Shown: one piece after another, positions 1 through 6,502 of the stretch
Layout: each line of letters opens with the position of its first letter
Position numbering within the stretch: position 1 is the first letter of the stretch
Origin: Abditibacteriaceae bacterium
GTDB taxonomy: Bacteria > Armatimonadota > Abditibacteriia > Abditibacteriales > Abditibacteriaceae
Reading direction: 5' to 3'
Assembly (NCBI GenBank): GCA_031372065.1
Contig: JANMKN010000301.1
Span: 1-10,668 of the forward strand
Length of the DNA: 10,668 nucleotides
The notes under the pieces: model-generated
Database searches by the model: none
The model's input: the letters and a program-made list of their open reading frames with translations, nothing else
What the model was told of the DNA's origin: nothing
Program-made: the position numbers and the translations under genes

Positions 1-89
1 AACATTTGTTTAAAGTAGCGTCGTATTTGCGTTTGTCTTTGTGCTGCGCGCGTGCCCTATGGGCGGCGCGTGGCGGCTATTCTGTTGAG

Positions 90-195
90 CTAAGGCGCGG
101 CCCAGAAGTGCAGTTCGCCGCTGGAATCGCCCGCGATGAGCGTTTTTCCATTGCTGCGAATCGCGGTTTGCAAAGGCAGCGATTGGTCGCGCGGC
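90..195 (-). pseudogene. Orphan 3' remnant of a WD40-repeat gene (not in the ORF track)
   Basis: Manual minus-strand translation gives ...PRDQSLPLQTAIRSNGKTLIAGDSSGELHFWAAP*, with TAG at 92-90. 'GKTLIAGDSSGELHFW' fits the last strands of a WD40 blade (consensus like DGKxLASGxxDGxIxxW). An in-frame TGA lies just upstream (213-211), so there is no room for a full gene. Confidence 0.7.
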
Positions 196-199
196 TTGC

Positions 200-1201
200 T
201 TATTGAACTTCACGGGACGGCAAGATGTTGAGCGGCATCTCATTGCTTTTCAGAATACAATCCATTTTGTCGGATTGTAACCCGTAAGTAAAAGCAATGT
301 TGTAAAGGTCGGCGGGCGCATCAAGACTGCGGTCTAATCGAGAATGATTTTCAGTTGGCAGACCCAACCACAACCGAAATTCGCATAACTCGAAGGTTTC
401 GCCAGTCTTCAAAGATTTTGTTTTCTCATCAACTTGAATACTTATAGGCGGCAACCCGGCATAAATTGGTTTGCCGTGTGAACCCTTGACGATTAACTGC
501 GCACTAAGCGTAGCCGGATCATAATAGCGCACGGCAATCGGATTTGGACTGACGTTTCGCACCAATAAATGCCATGAATTGAGGCTGCCAAGGCGTTTTT
601 TTTGTCCAAAATGTTCCGCGACTCCTAATTTTAACCCCGCATTTTCTGGCCCCCAATTAACCAGATTCCCACCAGTAAGCCAACGCAGAGAGGGACTGTG
701 CGCGTTCACATCGGGCAAGCGCGCCCACGACGTTGGGGCCATTTTGATTAACGAATCCAAATTCAATAAGGGAAAATAAATCCAATCGGCCAACAGGCTG
801 TTAGCAGACCATTCCAATCGAAACGAGTCGGCTTTAATTACCGTGTTTTGTGAGCCGTCGGGCCATGCCTCGCGTTCGTGAACCTCGCCTGTTCCATGTA
901 GCACATTGGCTTTTTTGAAGTCCATCGAGCCATCATTTTGGGCAAACCATTCGTAACGGGCTTGTTTAGGATTGTCTTGTGGATGCTCCGTTATGCGCAG
1001 GGCGACACAGCGCTTATCTTGCCAGATAAGCAAAAACTTGCCGACCTGTGCGTGCGTTGTGGGATAGTGCCCTTCTGCGGTGAGAATTCTGCTGATAACA
1101 GGTTTTTGGCTTGGCAAACTGCGTTTGCTACTTGCCCGTAACGGTGATGAACCAATTGCCAGCAGCGTCGCACCGAAACCAACAATTTGCATAATATGCA
1201 T
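200..1201 (-). CDS. Hypothetical exported two-domain protein (333 aa)
   Basis: Long ORF with a hydrophobic N-terminus ([12 protein letters not shown]...LRA) resembling a Sec signal. The N-terminal domain is rich in Trp/Tyr ([13 protein letters not shown]...LEWS...WIYFP). A second domain begins '[12 protein letters not shown]...[11 protein letters not shown]' and looks like a beta-sandwich. Spot GC is 43-47%, lower than clpB. Confidence 0.8.
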   Translation of the reverse strand: MHIMQIVGFGATLLAIGSSPLRASSKRSLPSQKPVISRILTAEGHYPTTHAQVGKFLLIWQDKRCVALRITEHPQDNPKQARYEWFAQNDGSMDFKKANVLHGTGEVHEREAWPDGSQNTVIKADSFRLEWSANSLLADWIYFPLLNLDSLIKMAPTSWARLPDVNAHSPSLRWLTGGNLVNWGPENAGLKLGVAEHFGQKKRLGSLNSWHLLVRNVSPNPIAVRYYDPATLSAQLIVKGSHGKPIYAGLPPISIQVDEKTKSLKTGETFELCEFRLWLGLPTENHSRLDRSLDAPADLYNIAFTYGLQSDKMDCILKSNEMPLNILPSREVQ

Positions 1202-1228
1202 AATGATTTTCGACTCTCGGCCTTGTAT

Positions 1229-1273
1229 TTATTGTTCCGGCCAGAAATGTAATTCTCCGGCGGCATCGCCCGC
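1229..1273 (-). pseudogene. Second WD40 C-terminal remnant ([14 protein letters not shown]) fused to the DUF1501 fragment
   Basis: 15 codons including the stop. 9 of the first 11 residues are identical to the remnant at 90-134, and the stop codon is at the same position. Confidence 0.7.
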
Positions 1274-1274
1274 G

Positions 1275-1777
1275 CGGCAAGCCGTTGCGCTCGCCCAAAA
1301 GATGCGAAACGACGGCGCCCATTTGCGGATAATCAATGACGGTGGTCGGTGTGTAGCCCGTAAAAAGATGATACGTCGCTTGGCCGTGATCGGGAATTTT
1401 CCCATCACCGAGCGCACAACGGTAATTTTATCGGCGATTTTGGCAAGACGCGCGAAGTTTTCGCTGAAAATCTCGCCGGTATTGGTTTTCGCCACGCCAA
1501 ACGCGCCGCGATATTCGCTGGGCGCTTCGGGTTTCGGGTCCCATGATTCCTGTTGCGCCATGCCGCCGGGCAAATGCAAATGAATAATGCTTTTGGCCTT
1601 GCCTTCTTTGAAAAAGCCCGGCTGCGCCGCTGCTTTTGCTTCGTGACGCAGCAAATCCGGCAAGCTAAGACCCAGCGCGGTGCAAAAGCCAATGCGCATC
1701 GCATCGCGGCGCATCGCATCGCGCCGACTGATTTTCATTTCGTGGAAGCCCGAACAGCTGTTGGAATGTTTAGTCAT
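1275..1777 (-). pseudogene. Frameshifted, 3'-truncated DUF1501-family gene with a Tat-like signal
   Basis: The N-terminus SRRDAMRIG...LGLSLPDLLR and the motif KAKSIIHLHLPGGMAQQESWDPKPEAPSEYRGAF...[13 protein letters not shown] are characteristic of DUF1501. Homology continues in the -1 frame after 1403-1397 ([43 protein letters not shown]) and ends abruptly at 1275. That is about 168 codons, against the usual >400 aa. Confidence 0.88.
1694..1723. repeat. Perfect 15-bp tandem duplication (gcgcatcgcatcgcg x2)
   Basis: 1694-1708 is identical to 1709-1723. It produces RRDAM-RRDAM in the DUF1501 signal peptide. Confidence 0.95.
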
Positions 1778-1883
1778 AGTTCATCGCCATCATTGCTCTC
1801 AATGGCGCTCGTAGTAAACAAGATTCGCTTTACCAGTGGAACAACTTCAAGCCCTGAGGAGGCGTTTTCGATAGAATTTTGTT

Positions 1884-4334
1884 GTGCCCGAAACCACCGA
1901 CTCCCAAAACTTTGTTCCCTCTTCTGAATTGTCTTCTCAACCGCCGCGAAATTTATTTCCGGCGGTTGCGCTTATTGCGGCGGCGATTTTGGGCTTTGAA
2001 GTGGCGTTGACACGCGTTTTTGGCACCGTTTTGCGCTATCATTTCGCGTTTTTGGTCATTAGCATGGCGCTGTGCGGCTTGGGCTTGGGCGGCTATGCGG
2101 CGCATTTGGCAAGGCAAAAACGCGCGCTTTCGCTGGGATTTTTAGCCGTTGCTTTTGCGCTGTCGCTCGATATGACGTTGCTGATTTTAATGCGCGGCGT
2201 TTTTGCGTTTTATCCCGAACTTTACTGGCTGGCGGCGCTGTTGGTTTTGATTCCCTTTTCGCTCGGCGGCGCGTTTTTGGCCGAAGCGTTCGCGCGCTTT
2301 CCGCAGCAAAGCGGGCGTTTATACGCGTGGGATTTGGCGGGCGCTGCGCTGGCCGCTGTAGGCATCGTTGCGGCATTGCAATTTCTTAGCGCCTTCGATG
2401 CGTGTTTGCTGATGGCGCTGCTTGCCATTGGCGCGGCATGGTTTTGTCGACCTGTGCCGCGTTTACCAATTTACGCAGGCATCGTTTTGTGTTTTCTCGT
2501 TCTCAATGTGCCGCTGAAATTCATAGATGTGCCGCCTTTACCACCGAAAATTGACGCTGAAGGCAATTCGCTGGCGGATTTGGGCATCACGCAGCCGTTT
2601 TTCACCGAACTCGGCACGCCCGGTCACACTTCGCGCATCATTGACACGCGCTGGAATGCCTTTGCGCGCACCGATGTGGTCAACGAAGAACCGAAAAAAG
2701 AAGGGCAAAGCGAACTTGATTCGACGGACACGCTACTGGTTTATACCAACGGCAACGTGCCGACGAATATGGTGAAATGGGACGGCAAAATCGCCAGTAT
2801 TCCGGCCATTGCGCGTTATTACCCACTGAGCGATTGGGCCTTTTCCGTCGCGCCCTTGGGCGGCAAAAATCATCGCGAACGTGCCGGAAACGTGCTGGCA
2901 ATCGGCCCCGGCGGGGGCTTAGACGCGCTGCTCGCTTTGCAATATGGTGCGAAGGATTTTTACGGCGCGGAAATCAATCCTTCGATTGTCGGCTTGATGC
3001 GCGAACCAAAATATCGCCAGTTCAACGGCGATTTATATGGGCGCCCCGATGTTCATGTGCAAACCGCCGAAGGCCGCGCCTTTGTGCGCGAGCGCGTGCA
3101 GCGCGGCGAAAAGTTTTCGATGGTGTTTTCGGCACTCACCAAAACCGCGACGGCTTCGCAGGGCATGGCGCTTTTGGAATCTTTTATTTACACCAGCGAC
3201 GCTTTTGAAGACTATTGGAACGCGCTCGAAAGTAACGGGCAAATTACCATTGTTCTCGATAGTCCGGTTATCGTGGCGCGCTTTTTTACGACGGCGCTTT
3301 CGGTCATGAAAACGCACGGCATTGAGCCGCGCGAAGCGTGCCGCCACATCGCCATTGTGCATGATCCAACGCCCGGCCCGTATCAATATGCGCTGGTCAT
3401 TCAAAAGGCGCCGCTTTCAAAAACGCAGTTGGAAGGCTTTTATCAATCGTCGCGCATAGAGCGCCATTTGATGCCGGTTTGGATTCCCGGACAGGCCTTT
3501 GAAAATGGTTTTGGCCCTTATGAAGCGGTCGCCAAAGGGCAAATGACACTGGAGCAGTTCGAGGAGTTTTTTCGCAAATTGGGCACGCCTCTGGACATTA
3601 CACCGCGCCCCGATGACCGGCCTTTTGTATTGGATTTAAGCCCGACAACACCGCCGATTATGGTCAATTTGGGCAAGGGTTTGGGCGCTTTACTCCTCGT
3701 GGCGCTGAGCTTTTTGAGTTGGGGCTTGATGCGCGAAACAACAACGCATTCGCTGGCGGCGCGCGATATTGTCTTTGTTTTTTACTTTCTATCGCTCGGC
3801 ATCGGCTTTATGCTGGTGGAAATTCCGCTCATCCAAAAACTGGTGCTGCCGCTTGGCTATCCGACGCTTTCGCTGACGGTGATTTTGTTTTCGCTCTTGC
3901 TCGGCGGCGGCGCAGGCGCGGCGCTGTCGCAAAAATTTGGTGGCGCGCGCTTGCGTTTTTACGGTGCGTTTTGTGCTTTTATTGTCGGCGTTGCTACGAT
4001 TTTTTTCGCGGGCATCATGCCCGCTTTCGATGCGTTTTTGCTGTCGCAATCGTTGATAGCGCGCTGCGTTTTCGCGGCACTTTTATTGTTGCCGCTCGGC
4101 GTGTTTTTAGGCACGCCGTTTCCAACTGGTTTACGCCTTTTTGCACAGGAACGCCCGAATTTAGTGCCTTTAGTTTGGGGCTTAAACGGCGTAGCTTCGG
4201 TTTGCGGCTCGTTTTTAGCGGCGCTTTTGGCGCGCGATTACGGTTTTTATCAAGTGCTGCTTTTCGGCTCCGCGATTTATGGCGTAGCAGCGCTTTTATT
4301 GTTGCTGACCGGTGACACAAAAAAGCGGGGCTGA
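1884..4334 (+). CDS. Integral membrane protein with a central spermidine-synthase-like class I SAM-binding domain
   Basis: 816-aa ORF with about 7 hydrophobic helices at each end (including LYAWDLAGAALA and WGLNGVASVCGS). The central Rossmann fold has VLAIGPGGGLD, GAEINP and AEGRAFV, followed by DDRPF. The GTG start is uncertain. Confidence 0.88.
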   Translation: MPETTDSQNFVPSSELSSQPPRNLFPAVALIAAAILGFEVALTRVFGTVLRYHFAFLVISMALCGLGLGGYAAHLARQKRALSLGFLAVAFALSLDMTLLILMRGVFAFYPELYWLAALLVLIPFSLGGAFLAEAFARFPQQSGRLYAWDLAGAALAAVGIVAALQFLSAFDACLLMALLAIGAAWFCRPVPRLPIYAGIVLCFLVLNVPLKFIDVPPLPPKIDAEGNSLADLGITQPFFTELGTPGHTSRIIDTRWNAFARTDVVNEEPKKEGQSELDSTDTLLVYTNGNVPTNMVKWDGKIASIPAIARYYPLSDWAFSVAPLGGKNHRERAGNVLAIGPGGGLDALLALQYGAKDFYGAEINPSIVGLMREPKYRQFNGDLYGRPDVHVQTAEGRAFVRERVQRGEKFSMVFSALTKTATASQGMALLESFIYTSDAFEDYWNALESNGQITIVLDSPVIVARFFTTALSVMKTHGIEPREACRHIAIVHDPTPGPYQYALVIQKAPLSKTQLEGFYQSSRIERHLMPVWIPGQAFENGFGPYEAVAKGQMTLEQFEEFFRKLGTPLDITPRPDDRPFVLDLSPTTPPIMVNLGKGLGALLLVALSFLSWGLMRETTTHSLAARDIVFVFYFLSLGIGFMLVEIPLIQKLVLPLGYPTLSLTVILFSLLLGGGAGAALSQKFGGARLRFYGAFCAFIVGVATIFFAGIMPAFDAFLLSQSLIARCVFAALLLLPLGVFLGTPFPTGLRLFAQERPNLVPLVWGLNGVASVCGSFLAALLARDYGFYQVLLFGSAIYGVAALLLLLTGDTKKRG

Positions 4335-4385
4335 CGTCCACTTCCAATCGGCAAATTAAGATTGAAAGTGGGCCTCAGCCCCGCT
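4319..4385 (-). terminator. Long stem-loop between convergent genes, probable intrinsic terminator for the minus-strand operon
   Basis: Outer arms agcggggctga (4324-4334) and tcagccccgct (4375-4385) are perfectly complementary. Inner arms ccacttccaatc (4338-4349) and gattgaaagtgg (4360-4371) have one mismatch around a 10-nt loop. The A6 run at 4319-4324 gives a U-tract on the minus strand. Confidence 0.7.
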
Positions 4386-4395
4386 CAACTTCTGA

Positions 4396-5352
4396 TTAAC
4401 CAGCAGTGCCAAATGCAGTGCGCGCTTGGCCGCTGGCTGTAGCGATGGTGAATGAACCCGTGGCTCGGTCGGTGCCGCGTGCCTGCAAGCGCACATTTGT
4501 GACCGTGAAATTGATTTTGTCGCCGACAATTGAATCAATGTGCAGGTTTCCGCTGGTCGAATCCCAGTTTTTCGCCGTTCCGCTCAAGTTGCCGGTGTCG
4601 CCTTCAAAATAGCCGAACGAACCAGCGCCAGCGGTGTTTGCGAGGGAATAATTTTGTCCTGCGGCCAAATCAATCGTTGGAATCACTTCGAGCGAAATGC
4701 TGCGCGTGATAGCGACATCGGCTTTTTCATAAATCGCCGAAAAAATGCGCGGCGTCGTGTTGCGCGCTGTGCTACTTTTTAAGGGCAGGTTGAAACCTGT
4801 CGTTGTCACGTTGCTGTTCAAAACGCCGCTAATGTTGCCGGTGATAACATCGGCATTGGTAGTTGGCGTGGCGGTTGGCGTTGGTGTGCTTTGACCGATG
4901 CGCGGAATGGTGCCTGTTACCGATTGACCTGCCGCCGTAAAGGTAAACGTGCCTTCGCTGGAAGTGGTAGGCACTTGACCCGTCAGCGTGAAGTTGACTG
5001 TGAGGCCATTGCTGTCCTGATAGGAGCCGTTTGCCGTAAAACCGCGCGGCGATGTGAATGTGCCGGTTAAATTGTAAGTGCCGGGCGGAATGGTAAAAGC
5101 AATGGCTTTTGGTGGCGTGACAGCACCTTGCAGCAGCAACGGTGCTGGAACCACCAATGTTCCTGTCAACGCACTGGCGACGATGTTCAAATTCAGCGTT
5201 GCGGTTTGTCCGTTGCCCAAATTGAGCGGCAAACCATTAAAAATCTGTGTGTTGACGCCCGAATTGCCGCCGCCGCAACCCGGCAGTGTTGTGATGGCTG
5301 GAACCGCGATCATTAAAGCCGCGCCCAGCAAAATCAAATTCCGTAATTTCAT
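4396..5352 (-). CDS. Hypothetical lipoprotein (318 aa), two beta-rich domains joined by a PT linker
   Basis: Signal MKLRNLILLGAALMIAVPAITTLPG|C with a lipobox-like LPGC followed by GGGNSG. Thr/Gly-rich, with linker STPTPTATPTT. An SD-like AAGGAG lies upstream, and its ATG overlaps the upstream stop codon (ATGA at 5352-5349). Confidence 0.88.
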   Translation of the reverse strand: MKLRNLILLGAALMIAVPAITTLPGCGGGNSGVNTQIFNGLPLNLGNGQTATLNLNIVASALTGTLVVPAPLLLQGAVTPPKAIAFTIPPGTYNLTGTFTSPRGFTANGSYQDSNGLTVNFTLTGQVPTTSSEGTFTFTAAGQSVTGTIPRIGQSTPTPTATPTTNADVITGNISGVLNSNVTTTGFNLPLKSSTARNTTPRIFSAIYEKADVAITRSISLEVIPTIDLAAGQNYSLANTAGAGSFGYFEGDTGNLSGTAKNWDSTSGNLHIDSIVGDKINFTVTNVRLQARGTDRATGSFTIATASGQARTAFGTAG

Positions 5353-6395
5353 GAGTTTTCCTGAAGTCTCCTTGAATAAAGCATACCTTTTTGGATAAGC
5401 CCCGTGCCGCGCATTTTTCCTTTAGCGTCAACTTTGAGCGTGCCGCGCGCATCGCCGCCAATGCGTGCTTTTAATGGCGCATCCTTGATGGCAAAAGTGA
5501 TTTCGCCTTTGCTCACATCGAGAATTTTGACTGTGCCCGCGATAGAATCCCAATCTTTGCTGTGCGTGCCGTATTCGGAATAATTCAGGCTATTACCGCT
5601 GCCTTTGGCAAGACTGAAAATTTGTCCGGCGCGCAGAGGCACATTGGGCGGCGGCTCGATGCTAAAAACGATTTGCTGGGTGTTTTTGCCGTCAGCCCGC
5701 ACATATGAACCGACCCACAAGCCACTGCGTTTTACAGGCAAATGCCCATAAAGCAAACCAATAGAAAAACTGTTGGCCTCGGAGTTTGAGTCTGGTGATT
5801 TTTTCAGCGTGCCGTTAATGAGACAAGTGGGGCACGCCAGAGACGGGGCACCTTTTTCGACAAAATTACTGGGAGTTTTCGGTGGCAAAGTGCCATCTAA
5901 GGCGGGCAGCACGCCATTTGCCACCGCGCCTGCCGCCACGAAAATGTAAGTGCCCGGCTTGGTGGCATCGGGCACTTCGCCGCCGATGGAAAAGTCGGCA
6001 AGCGGCTGTGGGAAATGCCCCACCAAACGATAAGAACGTGGCTTTGAGAACAAGCCTTGCAGTGCATAATCGCCCGGTGGAATTGGTTGCGTAAATTTCC
6101 TGAAACGTTCTAAACCGTGATGCACCAAATGAAAACCGAACGCGTTGAAAGGCGCCTGTGCAACTTTGGAAGGTGCCACGTTCAGCACACCAGTCATCTG
6201 TTCGCCACGCCGTTTCATGTGCAACGTGGTTTTTTGATTATTGCCGAAATCTACGGTGTATTCGGGATAAGAAACGCCGCGCCATTTCACGAAGGCGAAA
6301 GCGGCGGCGCCCACTGTGGCACCCAACGCGCTTAAGGCCAGAAATGCGATTCTTAGGCGTCGCGCAGGCCATTTTTTGCTGTTCATTTCTGTCAT
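5349..6395 (-). CDS. Hypothetical membrane-anchored or exported protein (348 aa), paralog of 4396-5352
   Basis: Basic N-terminus plus one hydrophobic helix (IAFLALSALGATVGAAAFAFV). It has collinear similarity blocks with the downstream lipoprotein (IPPGxYxLxGxFxxPR, GxVP...GTxxFxAAG, WDSxxG). Confidence 0.85.
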   Translation of the reverse strand: MTEMNSKKWPARRLRIAFLALSALGATVGAAAFAFVKWRGVSYPEYTVDFGNNQKTTLHMKRRGEQMTGVLNVAPSKVAQAPFNAFGFHLVHHGLERFRKFTQPIPPGDYALQGLFSKPRSYRLVGHFPQPLADFSIGGEVPDATKPGTYIFVAAGAVANGVLPALDGTLPPKTPSNFVEKGAPSLACPTCLINGTLKKSPDSNSEANSFSIGLLYGHLPVKRSGLWVGSYVRADGKNTQQIVFSIEPPPNVPLRAGQIFSLAKGSGNSLNYSEYGTHSKDWDSIAGTVKILDVSKGEITFAIKDAPLKARIGGDARGTLKVDAKGKMRGTGLIQKGMLYSRRLQENS

Positions 6396-6490
6396 TTCAC
6401 ACTACGGAAATTATAACGTTTCTCGACCTGTTCGAGGGAAACCTGTTATTGGTTTTTGCGTTTTTCTTGGTGTCGTTATCAAGCCCTTGA

Positions 6491-6495
6491 AGGAG
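6491..6495 (+). promoter_or_regulatory. Shine-Dalgarno sequence of clpB
   Basis: AGGAG lies 7 nt upstream of the ATG at 6503. Confidence 0.8.
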
Positions 6496-6502
6496 ATTTA
6501 TC

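Noticed and set aside
48..70. GC-rich imperfect hairpin cgcgtgccc-tat-gggcggcgcg
   Set aside because: The stem is short and bulged with no U-tract on either side, so it is not enough to call a terminator.
6..243. 66-aa (+) and 77-aa (-) ORFs at the left edge
   Set aside because: Neither has recognisable motifs. The protein-like signal here is in a third frame (the WD40 remnant).
1080..1090. gtgagaattct matching the centre of the 9192-9221 palindrome
   Set aside because: An 11-bp match inside a coding region without the flanking arms, most likely chance.
1128..1322. 64-aa minus-strand ORF as an independent gene
   Set aside because: Its first 16 aa are the shifted continuation of DUF1501. 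The rest is read-through that overlaps the 333-aa gene.
1229..1777. 182-aa ORF taken as an intact protein
   Set aside because: It is a chimera. About 125 aa are DUF1501, the next ~43 aa are out-of-frame DUF1501 DNA, and the last 14 aa are a WD40 tail.
2059..4347. Alternate-frame ORFs within the 816-aa membrane gene
   Set aside because: They are Arg/Ala-rich shadow translations without motifs, overlapping a well-supported CDS.
4341..4368. CRISPR array
   Set aside because: There is only one repeat-like unit, with no spacers and no cas genes in the window. It is kept only as a low-interest note.
4856..4890. gttggc-type short repeats
   Set aside because: Explained by the Pro/Thr linker codons of the lipoprotein.
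6486..6491. CTTGAA as a sigma32 -35 element for clpB
   Set aside because: It is only 11 nt from the start codon, and no CCCCAT -10 element lies at the right spacing.
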